From contig JBDRNJ010000019.1 in NCBI GenBank assembly GCA_043811375.1, forward strand, positions 1 through 64,000: 64,000 nt of DNA. Reading direction: 5' to 3'. Position numbers and translations under genes: made by a program. The notes below the pieces were generated by a model, which worked only from the letters and a program-made list of their open reading frames with translations, had not been told where the DNA came from and did no database searches. The DNA comes from a bacterium. Lineage in GTDB: Bacteria > Zixibacteria > MSB-5A5 > GN15 > FEB-12. Below, one piece after another: positions 1 through 8,552 of this stretch. The first letter of the stretch is position 1, and each line of letters starts with the position of its first letter.

Positions 1-8
1 GGTTCCGA

Positions 9-156
9 CAGGTCTTGCCGACGACGAAGTCGGAGGTATGACCTGGCGGTAACTCTGGAAGTGCTGAATAGACAATAGAATCGCTAAACTGTCAGTTCAC
101 ACGTTTGGTAAGCCAAACGCAAGAACTGACAGAACAATGAAGTGGGTTTTACCCAC
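9..156. repeat. Cluster of hairpins / REP-like palindromes upstream of the M50 gene
   Basis: CAGGTC..CCGAC-gacgaa-GTCGG..GACCTG (9-45); CTGTCAGTTC..CGTTTGG-taag-CCAAACG..GAACTGACAG (89-132); GTGGGT-ttt-ACCCAC (142-156). Confidence 0.5.
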
Positions 157-293
157 GAATGGGGTTTACCTGTAAACGGGGTTTTGTACAGTGGTGGAGC
201 TACAGCAGAAAGTCGACAAACAAAGCCAGGTAAATGTGGCTTGCCACTAGCATGCCACCTTGCCCGGCAGTATTGAGGTTCTTAGATTGACGC

Positions 294-2603
294 ATGTCCG
301 CTTATTACCGGTTACGCGACGATTTGGTCTGTTCGAAGGGAGTTGTCGACGGTAACACTGTCTATAATATCAAAGATCCCCGAACCGGCCGCTATTTCCG
401 TCTCCGGGAGCCGGAGTACTGGCTGGTTCGACAACTGGATGGCCACACCTCCTCTAAGATAATTGCCGATCGTTTCCGCCGAAAGTTCAACGCCCGGCTG
501 ACGGCGACCGATGTCGATCAGTTTGTGGCTCAACTGAGCGAGCTGCGGTTTCTGGATGACGGTCGCGCCGAACAGGAACTGTCCCGAAAGAGCTACCTCG
601 CCGGGCGTGGTGAATCACTGTTTGCCAGACTACTGTTTGTGAAGATCAGGGGTTTTAACCCGCAACTGTTGCTGGACCGACTGGTGAAAGTGTATCGCCC
701 TTTTCACCACTGGTTCTGGTGGGTGGTGCAACTGCTGATTGTAATCGTCGCTTTAGTCCTGCTGGCCGCCAATTTCCGGTATTTCAATGTAGACCTGTCA
801 ACTCTGTTACAACCCGGCTCGCTGGTGGCTGCAATACTGGCCGTGTTTGTGGTGGTCGCGCTGCATGAGTTTGCCCACGCCATTGTATGCCGTCATTACG
901 GAGGTGAGGTCCGGGAGATGGGCTTTTTGCTGTTGTACTTTCAGCCCTGCTTCTATACCGATCTTTCCGACGCCTGGCTCTTCGAGAAAAAAGCCCAGCG
1001 GCTGGTTGTCACCGCGGCCGGACCGCTTTTTCAACTGGTGCTGATGGCGCTGGCCGTTCTGATCTGGCGGGTGACTGTAATCGGTACGTTCATCAATGAA
1101 CTGGCACTAATCATAACGCTGGTCTGCTTGCTGACGGCCCTGTTCAATTTTAACCCTCTGATAAAGCTGGATGGATACTACCTGCTGTCGGACTGGGTGG
1201 AGATTCCCAACCTGCGCCGCCGGGCTTTTGATTACTTGTCCAATATGATCAAACGCCGGTTGCTGGGGTGGCCGATTGAACCACTCAGCGCGACCATTAA
1301 GGAAAAAAGAACTTATCTTCTATATGCCACCCTGGCGCTGTTTTACTCGGTCGGCCTTATCGGGTATGTGCTGGTCGTAGCGGCTCGGTTTCTGGTAGCC
1401 CACCTGGGCGCAGCGGGTTTAATGTTGTTGCTGGCGGTGTTATTGTTTACCTTGAGAACGGTTCTGGTCGGCTTTGGACGCGGCCTGGTGAAACATTTGT
1501 CATATATGAAGAGTTTGTGGAAAAAACCGTTGCGGCTGACGATACATATTGTCATCGCTGTCGCTGTTGTGGTCGTCGTGTTTGCACTGCCGGTTCCTCA
1601 CCGCGTATCCGGTGAGGTGACGGTCCGTCCGGTCGAAGAATTCACTCTGCTGCTGAATGAGTATGGCCTGCTGGAGCACAACTACCGTCGCGGCGGAGCC
1701 GATCCGGAAAGCCAGTCCGGCTACTTGCAGGTGACCACCACCGAAATGGCTGCTCTTGACCTGGTTCCGTTGGTCAGGGATGGCCAACAAGTGCGGTTGG
1801 GTGACACACTGGCGATAATGGTCTCAAACCAGGTAATCCAGGAGATTGCCGCCAATCAGGCCTTACTGGAAAAGTATAAAGGACAGCTGGCCCTGCTGAA
1901 AGCTCCTCCCAAAAAAGAGGCAATCGCCGAGGCTGAAAGCCAGGTAGCCGCCGCCCGGGCCGGCTATGACCAGTTTCAACGCGAGATGGATCGGATCGCC
2001 GAACTGGCCGAAAAGAACCTGTCCAGTCGCGAAGAACTGGAATCGGCTCGGTCGGCGGTGCAGATCGCTTCGGCCGAGCTGTCCAACAAAGAATCACGTC
2101 TGCAACTCCTTCTGGCCCCCCCCAGACCTGAAGAGATTGTGGTACTGCAGGCTGAGATTGAGAGACAAAAGGCACGGCTCGATTTTCTTAAAGCCCAGCA
2201 GGAAGCCCAGTCTATCATAACCCCTATCGAGGGAACAATTACAACTCACCATACCGGAGACGCCGTCCTGACGGTAATCAACAATCGTGTCATTGAACTG
2301 CTGACACCCGTCAGCGATTTCGATATCGGCCTGGTGGCAAAGGGCCAAACTGTTCGCTGCAAATTGCGTTCCTTTCCCGAACGAACATTCACCGGACGGG
2401 TCGTCCACATCCCCGGGAGCGCCCACACTGTTGACGGCAGCGCCAGGTTCATAGTGTCGATCGTCGTTGATAACACCGACGGCTTACTGTGCAATGGCAT
2501 GAGCGGATATGCCAAGATCGAGGTCGGCAAATCATCAATGGCAGGTCTGATTGTGCGCAAACTTGCGTCTGTTGTGCGCGTTGAATTCTGGTCGTGGTGG
2601 TAA
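294..2603 (+). CDS. PqqD/RRE-like domain + M50 (site-2) intramembrane zinc metalloprotease + HlyD-type membrane fusion domain
   Basis: N-terminal 'IKDPRTGRYFRL...LDG..DVDQFVAQLSELRFL' (PqqD-like pattern); HEFAH zinc motif; 'AAGP' and 'NFNPLIKLDGY' M50 motifs; TM helices; C-terminal lipoyl-like/coiled-coil/beta-barrel MFP ending 'GMSGYAKI'. Confidence 0.85.
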   Translation: MSAYYRLRDDLVCSKGVVDGNTVYNIKDPRTGRYFRLREPEYWLVRQLDGHTSSKIIADRFRRKFNARLTATDVDQFVAQLSELRFLDDGRAEQELSRKSYLAGRGESLFARLLFVKIRGFNPQLLLDRLVKVYRPFHHWFWWVVQLLIVIVALVLLAANFRYFNVDLSTLLQPGSLVAAILAVFVVVALHEFAHAIVCRHYGGEVREMGFLLLYFQPCFYTDLSDAWLFEKKAQRLVVTAAGPLFQLVLMALAVLIWRVTVIGTFINELALIITLVCLLTALFNFNPLIKLDGYYLLSDWVEIPNLRRRAFDYLSNMIKRRLLGWPIEPLSATIKEKRTYLLYATLALFYSVGLIGYVLVVAARFLVAHLGAAGLMLLLAVLLFTLRTVLVGFGRGLVKHLSYMKSLWKKPLRLTIHIVIAVAVVVVVFALPVPHRVSGEVTVRPVEEFTLLLNEYGLLEHNYRRGGADPESQSGYLQVTTTEMAALDLVPLVRDGQQVRLGDTLAIMVSNQVIQEIAANQALLEKYKGQLALLKAPPKKEAIAEAESQVAAARAGYDQFQREMDRIAELAEKNLSSREELESARSAVQIASAELSNKESRLQLLLAPPRPEEIVVLQAEIERQKARLDFLKAQQEAQSIITPIEGTITTHHTGDAVLTVINNRVIELLTPVSDFDIGLVAKGQTVRCKLRSFPERTFTGRVVHIPGSAHTVDGSARFIVSIVVDNTDGLLCNGMSGYAKIEVGKSSMAGLIVRKLASVVRVEFWSWW

Positions 2604-2702
2604 TTTTTTCACACTACCGGAAAAAGTTTCCCGCTTTAAGCGTGTGATCACATTGTTTTTTCGATTCGCATTAGAATAAGTGACCTTTTCGCATTCTATT
2701 CC

Positions 2703-2732
2703 TTGACGTCACCAAACTTCTCAGTATATTAT
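2703..2732 (+). promoter_or_regulatory. Putative sigma70 promoter for the small peptide ORF
   Basis: TTGACG (2703-2708) then TATATT/TATTAT 16-18 nt downstream in an AT-rich intergenic region; 5' hairpin AACCTTCCGC-ata-GTGGAAGGTT (2769-2791) follows. Confidence 0.55.
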
Positions 2733-2818
2733 TCGTTAGACAGTATGCATGTTCTTTGAAAACAAAATAACCTTCCGCATAGTGGAAGGTTTCACCTGCG
2801 CTTCCAAGGAGGTGTATC

Positions 2819-2911
2819 ATGGAGGATTACCAACTTAAGGTTGAAATCCTGGAAGCCAGGATTGCCCCGATCGGCTTGAGCCCGGGTGGTCAGTGGTGCA
2901 TTGGCCCGTAG
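2819..2911 (+). CDS. 30-aa putative precursor peptide MEDYQLKVEILEARIAPIGLSPGGQWCIGP (LExRIAP leader)
   Basis: Translated by hand (below ORF-track cutoff); perfect RBS AAGGAGGT at 2806-2813, 5 nt before ATG; followed by a terminator; adjacent to RRE-M50-HlyD gene. Confidence 0.8.
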   Translation: MEDYQLKVEILEARIAPIGLSPGGQWCIGP

Positions 2912-2929
2912 GGTAATCCTGAACAAGGA

Positions 2930-2970
2930 GGCAGGGCGGTGTAATAATCACCGCCCTGCCGTTTCCTTTT
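2930..2970. terminator. Intrinsic terminator between convergent peptide ORF and kinase
   Basis: Perfect 12-bp stem GGCAGGGCGGTG-taataat-CACCGCCCTGCC followed by GTTTCCTTTT; overlaps the kinase 3' end. Confidence 0.75.
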
Positions 2971-5953
2971 GTCCCAGAAGCGACGCCAGTCGTTTCACTT
3001 CGGCAATAAGGAACACGATCTCAGGTTTATTTTCAAACAGGTCTCTATCTGCTGTATCAGCTATAGCCGATCCCATCTTCCTGCACAGCCGCAGAGCGTT
3101 GCGGTAGCTTGCGAAACCCTGTTCATAATCGCCATCAGCTATATCGATTTGTCCCTGCAGAAGCCAGGCATTCATCATCTCAGGCAGCAGTCCTTTGTTA
3201 TTGGCAGTCATTCTCGCACGTGACAGGTATTCCCGGGCAATATCGGGTCGCCGACGAACCAGCATCAACCGCGCGGCGACGTTACACATCCAGGCCAGTT
3301 CGATATCTTCCGTTATTTCCTGAAGTTCCAGGAGCGGCACCTCGGCAATAGTATCGGCCGTATCCGCCTGATCCCGATCAAGCAGGCATTCGATAAGACT
3401 GAACCCGGCCAGCGTACTCTCTCGTTTCAAGCGCAGTTGGCTGACCAGGGAACGCGCCTGGTCGACGAGGTCAGTGTCGTGTGACAGTTTGGTCAACAGC
3501 AACAGGGCACCGAGCTGTCCGGACTTGTCGCCGGTTTCGCGGGCATCGGTCAGTGCCTGCCGGACCATTCGCCGGGCCTGTTCATTATCGCCTATAGTGC
3601 TCCTCAAGGCGGCCTGCTGAATCCCGAGCAGCACGCCCAGCAGTCGGTCGGCTTTTTCCTCAACGATCGTGCCGACAGCGGCCAGCCGCTCGGCGGCATC
3701 GGAAAACCGACCCATACGGGATAGAACTGTACCCATACTCAGGTTAAACACGCCCAGGTGGGGTCGGTCATCGAGAGACTCAGCCAGAGCCATCCCTTCC
3801 TTCAGATATCCCAATGATTTTCTCAGTTGCCCGGCAGTGATCATCACGGCGGTGAGGTTTTCGAGATTGTACAGAATTTCCTTCTTGCTGTCGATACGCC
3901 GATTGATCTGAAGCGATTTCTCAAGCATCGACAACGCTTCTTCGCCCTGCCCGTTAAGGCGATAGATATATCCGAGGTTATTTAACGACCGGGCGATTTC
4001 ACCATCATTACCGATCTCTGTCTTCAGCTCAAGCGACAGGCGCATCATGCGGCCGGCACGGCGATAGCGGCCCTGAATTGTGTAAACGGAACCGATATTG
4101 CTCAGTGTCGAGGCGATGTCGGCGACCGCATCCAGTTGGCGCTGGAGCTTAAGAGCACGGCGGTAATGGCGGATGGCGGCGTTTAGATCACCGGCCATCC
4201 AACATATATTGCCGAGGTTGTTTAAGGTATGCGAAATTTCCAGTTCGTCGCCCAACCGACGGTATACTTCCAGAGCTTTGTTAAGTGCTCGACGCCCGGC
4301 CGGGCAGTCCTGTTTTATTCGGTAGAGGTCGCCGAGATCCTTGTACGTTTCGCCCAGCAACTGATCCGGCAACAGTGATTGTGACAGCTCAATTATTCTG
4401 AGATAAGATTGCTCGGCCGGAGCAGTGTCTCCGTTTTGCTTGTGGATGTCTCCCTTAAGCATCATCAGATGGCGGGTTTTTGCATCCCGATCGGTCATCC
4501 CGGCATACTCGACAGCCCAGTTTATCAGGAACAGAGCTTCCTCTCCCCGACCCTGTCCCTGAAGCTCCCTGGCCGCCCGGCAGGCACATCTTTCGAGACC
4601 TTCCCAATCACCGGCTTGCAGGTACAGGCGAGCGGCTAATTCGCTCATACGGCTGCTTTCTGCCCGGGGGCCAAGCCCGGCTGAGTATTTCCTGACAAGG
4701 CGTGCACTGATAAGTGGCCGCAGCAGCACCGGCAAAAGTGGCGGGATATTATTCAATTCTTCATTCTCGACAAGCCCCGGGTTCCGGCAGACAGCGGTAT
4801 CGTTTAAGATGGCGGCCTTCAGCAGTCGCTTCCGGGTGCCGAATGATCTTCGGCTAAAATCGTTCAGCAGTCGACGTCGCAGGCAGGCGGGCCAGTAAAT
4901 GCGACCGCCGAAAGCAAACCCATCCCCGGTGTACTGCAGATTGCCCCTGATAAAATTGGCCGTCAGGATCAGCCGCAGAGTATCATCGCGACCGTTGCAC
5001 AACCGGTCAAGCTGTTCTCTTTGTCTATCGTCAACGATCAACAGCGGTCTGACGGCAGCGGTGCGATCGCAGCCGGAAGATATGAAATGTCCCGGGCGGA
5101 GCGCTTTCTCAAAGGGATAATCGGCTCCGGCCTGCCTCAGAAGCTGACAGACTTCCCAGCCGGATTGCAGTCGGTCGGTATCTTTCTTAGCCAGCAGTTG
5201 CGATACCAGATCAGCCAGCCGTCGGGGTACCTCCGGTCGGATGGTATTCAGCGGGGGGGGCTGGTGTTCCTGCACACGGCTACTGGTTCTGACTGGGTCA
5301 CTATCGTTATCCATAAAGGGATGTCTGCCGGTCAGTAACTGGTAGGCTATCACTCCCAACGCAAACAAGTCGGATTGGAAAGATGTCCTCCCCTCCACAA
5401 TGGTCTCGGGCGCCATGTAGCCGACGGTTCCCAGTCCTGCCCGGGCGTCGTCCGGTTCGTCACTGAACCGACCGAGGGAAAAATCCGACAGCTTGACATA
5501 GAACAGAGACCGGCGATTCTGGTTCTGCCAGTTCGGCGGCAGAAAGATATTGTGCGGCTTCAGGTCGCCATGGATGATGCCGTTGAGCCTCAGAAACTCC
5601 AGATCTACGGCAATAGCGGCCAGCAGATTCAGAGCCGGCGGGAGGTCCTCCAGCCGACCGCACTGGTCCAGGCTGGGACCGCTGCATAATTCCATCAGCA
5701 GGTATGGGGGTGAAACGGTAGAGACATCGAGCACTCGCACCAGGCCGGGGTAGTTGAGTTGTCCCACGAGCTTGTATTCTCTGGCGACTAATCCGGAAAA
5801 GACTGATTCCGAGTGGCCGGTATCCGCACGGGGATATTTCATGGCCAGATGACGTCCGTGTTTTTCCGAAGCAACCCTGACAACCTCGGCGGTCCCCCCC
5901 CGACCGAGAACGGCCAGAGGCCGCAGACCGGAAAGCTTAACCGGGAAGTTCAT
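2948..5953 (-). CDS. Hanks-type Ser/Thr protein kinase with C-terminal TPR array
   Basis: GRGGTAEV, AMK, HGDLKPHN, DFS (DFG variant), GTVGYMAPE, SDLFALG; multiple 'TLNNLG/SLNNLG' TPR repeats. Confidence 0.9.
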   Translation of the reverse strand: MNFPVKLSGLRPLAVLGRGGTAEVVRVASEKHGRHLAMKYPRADTGHSESVFSGLVAREYKLVGQLNYPGLVRVLDVSTVSPPYLLMELCSGPSLDQCGRLEDLPPALNLLAAIAVDLEFLRLNGIIHGDLKPHNIFLPPNWQNQNRRSLFYVKLSDFSLGRFSDEPDDARAGLGTVGYMAPETIVEGRTSFQSDLFALGVIAYQLLTGRHPFMDNDSDPVRTSSRVQEHQPPPLNTIRPEVPRRLADLVSQLLAKKDTDRLQSGWEVCQLLRQAGADYPFEKALRPGHFISSGCDRTAAVRPLLIVDDRQREQLDRLCNGRDDTLRLILTANFIRGNLQYTGDGFAFGGRIYWPACLRRRLLNDFSRRSFGTRKRLLKAAILNDTAVCRNPGLVENEELNNIPPLLPVLLRPLISARLVRKYSAGLGPRAESSRMSELAARLYLQAGDWEGLERCACRAARELQGQGRGEEALFLINWAVEYAGMTDRDAKTRHLMMLKGDIHKQNGDTAPAEQSYLRIIELSQSLLPDQLLGETYKDLGDLYRIKQDCPAGRRALNKALEVYRRLGDELEISHTLNNLGNICWMAGDLNAAIRHYRRALKLQRQLDAVADIASTLSNIGSVYTIQGRYRRAGRMMRLSLELKTEIGNDGEIARSLNNLGYIYRLNGQGEEALSMLEKSLQINRRIDSKKEILYNLENLTAVMITAGQLRKSLGYLKEGMALAESLDDRPHLGVFNLSMGTVLSRMGRFSDAAERLAAVGTIVEEKADRLLGVLLGIQQAALRSTIGDNEQARRMVRQALTDARETGDKSGQLGALLLLTKLSHDTDLVDQARSLVSQLRLKRESTLAGFSLIECLLDRDQADTADTIAEVPLLELQEITEDIELAWMCNVAARLMLVRRRPDIAREYLSRARMTANNKGLLPEMMNAWLLQGQIDIADGDYEQGFASYRNALRLCRKMGSAIADTADRDLFENKPEIVFLIAEVKRLASLLGQKETAGR

Positions 5954-7794
5954 TGACGCTTCTTGAGTGGTTTTTTCTTCTTGGGTCGAAAGCGTGGCAG
6001 GGTAATCGTGAACGTAGTGCCTTCACCGAGAGTGGATTGTGCCGTCAGTTCGCCATAGTGCTGCTCGACAATCTTCTTGCAGTTGGCCAGACCAAGACCA
6101 TGGCCGCCCTTCTTGGTCGTGAAGTGCATGGCGAAAATCCTGGACAGTGTCTCGGGTGACATACCGATACCGCTATCATCGATCGAGACGCTTATCTCTT
6201 CGTTTTCCTTGTCGTAGGCGACCGCGATACTGATATCTTTGGTGACCGGCTCATCGCTGTCGCCCTGCCGGGCGACTTTTTCATCGATGGCATCACCGGC
6301 ATTGTTCAGCAGATTCATCAGGACCTGTTGGATCAGACCGACATCAATCTCCAGATTGGGGATCTCTGAGTTCATATCGATATTGAAGTGCATCCGCTTA
6401 AAACGCGGCTGTACCCGCAGTGAAAACAACAGATCCTCGATCAGGTGTTTTATATCATAGCTGATGTACTCTGACTCCGGGCGTGAGAAATCCATCAGGT
6501 TGTCGACAAACCGCTTGATCTTGAAGATGTTTTCCGTGATCGATCTGCTGTTGAAGACCGCTTTGTCGTACTTCTGTCGTTCCACGTTGAGGGCCAGCAA
6601 CTCAGCATTGTTGGAGGCGATGGCCAGATAGTTGTTCAGCTCGTGCGCCACGGATGCGGCCATCTCTCCCTTGGCCACCAGTTTCTCCGAGAGGATGACG
6701 TACTTCTCCATGAGCACTTTCTCAGTGATATCCTCTACGGTCATTATCAAACCATCATGCCCGTTGAGCAGATCGGGCAAGGGAGAAATCTTGACCGACA
6801 GCGCTTTCTCGATGTAGCCGGTATTGTGAAAATAACGAGGTTCGGAGACTTCCTGCTGAGTAGTCAGGGCGATATCAGCCATAGCTTTCCAGCGTGCCTG
6901 CTCGCCGTTGGGCAGCAGGTCGAAGAAGCAGCAGGGCTCTTCGGTTTCACCGACCAGTCTGATATCTTCACGGTTCAGGTCGAAAATCTCCAGAGCGACC
7001 GAATTGACAGTAGCCAGACGACCACTGCTGTCGACCACGATAATCCCTACCGGTGACTTGCTGACTACCATCTCGTTGTACCGTTTGAGACTGAGCAGGG
7101 AATCGTACATGCTGGCATTATGCAGTGCCCGCGAGGCCATCTGAGCATACAGTTCAAACAGGTACAGATCAGACTTCAAGAACATCCTGGCCTGATTGGA
7201 GTTGTCGAGATAGATCACACCGATCACGCTGTCCTTGACCTTCAGGGGTACACACATAATCGATCGCAGGTGCATCTCGACCACTGACTGCTGCTGGGCG
7301 TACCGTTCATCTTCCAGAGCGTCGGAGGTGTAGATCGATTTCCCGCTGTACGCTACTTCAGAAGCGACCGTACGAGAGATTTTCAGATCCTCCTCAGGTG
7401 TCTCATCCCGACGGAGATTGTAAGCCGAACGAATCTGGAACTCATCTTTTTCGTCCAGCAGCATAATCAGCCCACGTTCAGCCTGCATCAACTCCACCGC
7501 TTTGTGCATAACAATTTGTAGCATGTCGTCCAGCACCAGCGAGGAGTTGACCGCCAGTGAGACTTCCAGCAGTGCTTTCAGGTCATGAGCTGTCCGTGAG
7601 GGATCCTGTGTCTGGTCATCCAGACGCGGATGAGTCCGGGCGACTTCGTCGAGGGTAGCCTCAAGGTCAGCGAATACATCCCTGGCCTTCATTTCAGATT
7701 CATGATCGACAGCACCGTCGATATCGGCCCGGTCCACCGGGGTACTGTCCGAATGTTCGTCACCGGTCAGTGGCTTGGAATTTATTTGTTTCAT
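5950..7794 (-). CDS. Cytoplasmic GAF-PAS sensor histidine kinase
   Basis: GAF 'SIMCVPLKVKDSVIGVIYLDN'; PAS-like middle; H-box 'VAHELNN', N-box 'NLLNNAGDA', G-boxes 'DSGIG','GHGLGL'. Confidence 0.9.
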   Translation of the reverse strand: MKQINSKPLTGDEHSDSTPVDRADIDGAVDHESEMKARDVFADLEATLDEVARTHPRLDDQTQDPSRTAHDLKALLEVSLAVNSSLVLDDMLQIVMHKAVELMQAERGLIMLLDEKDEFQIRSAYNLRRDETPEEDLKISRTVASEVAYSGKSIYTSDALEDERYAQQQSVVEMHLRSIMCVPLKVKDSVIGVIYLDNSNQARMFLKSDLYLFELYAQMASRALHNASMYDSLLSLKRYNEMVVSKSPVGIIVVDSSGRLATVNSVALEIFDLNREDIRLVGETEEPCCFFDLLPNGEQARWKAMADIALTTQQEVSEPRYFHNTGYIEKALSVKISPLPDLLNGHDGLIMTVEDITEKVLMEKYVILSEKLVAKGEMAASVAHELNNYLAIASNNAELLALNVERQKYDKAVFNSRSITENIFKIKRFVDNLMDFSRPESEYISYDIKHLIEDLLFSLRVQPRFKRMHFNIDMNSEIPNLEIDVGLIQQVLMNLLNNAGDAIDEKVARQGDSDEPVTKDISIAVAYDKENEEISVSIDDSGIGMSPETLSRIFAMHFTTKKGGHGLGLANCKKIVEQHYGELTAQSTLGEGTTFTITLPRFRPKKKKPLKKRQ

Positions 7795-7898
7795 AACACC
7801 ATAATTCTCATAGTAATACCTCTTCTCAAGTATATCGGTAAAATCACGACAGGACTTAGCCTGCAGATAATTGTCGCCTCAATCGGCGGTTACAAAAG

Positions 7899-8528
7899 TT
7901 AGTCTTCAGATCGAATCTCAGCCGGTGAAAAAGACCGGGTTTCGGCCGATGTTTCCTGGCTGCCGAAACCGGTCAGCCGCAGGAACTGCCGAAATAAAAA
8001 TTTGATGGGTGATTCCGCCGATTTTCCGGGTTTCGCTGCTAAGTTGAAATCAATCAATGCAATACAGGACAGCTCAAACCTGAGCCGGTAACGGTGATGC
8101 CGACTTAGCTGACGACTGTCTACAACCGATATCTGCACCGAATCAGCCAGGTACTGGTGCAGGAAAGCCAGTGAGGAAAACCGCTGCTCTTTTTCGGGAG
8201 AATGCTGACCTGGAGTCAGCCAGTAGTCATCGGTGGCCATACTGTATCCAATCCGGACTGAGCCGGTGATTCCGGTTATCTTTTCAGCACCCCGGAACCG
8301 CCTGGGCCGGGTGAGACCGACAGAATACTCAATGACGAAATCAATCCCTTCCTTGAGATGGTCGACTCGTCGGACTGAGAGAAACAGAGACAGGTCGAGC
8401 CGCACCATGAGGAGACCGTCACGCCGGAAGATGTCGTAGTCGACCGAGTCCGGCGCCTCAGATGCTGCACTGGAACCGACCGGCAGCATCATCATAGCCA
8501 GCAGGCTCAGACCCAGTCGTTTCAACAT
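7899..8528 (-). CDS. Exported protein, DUF4390-like
   Basis: Signal peptide; 'LKEGIDFVIEYSVGL.RPRRF' pattern resembles DUF4390, which usually neighbours NtrY/NtrX-type systems. Confidence 0.55.
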   Translation of the reverse strand: MLKRLGLSLLAMMMLPVGSSAASEAPDSVDYDIFRRDGLLMVRLDLSLFLSVRRVDHLKEGIDFVIEYSVGLTRPRRFRGAEKITGITGSVRIGYSMATDDYWLTPGQHSPEKEQRFSSLAFLHQYLADSVQISVVDSRQLSRHHRYRLRFELSCIALIDFNLAAKPGKSAESPIKFLFRQFLRLTGFGSQETSAETRSFSPAEIRSED

Positions 8529-8552
8529 TCGGGTCTGCCGGTAGGGATCGGT

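Noticed and set aside
2886..3107. 73-aa plus-strand ORF after the M50 gene as the precursor
   Set aside because: No RBS, runs through the terminator and antisense into the kinase; the 2819-2911 ORF has far better signals
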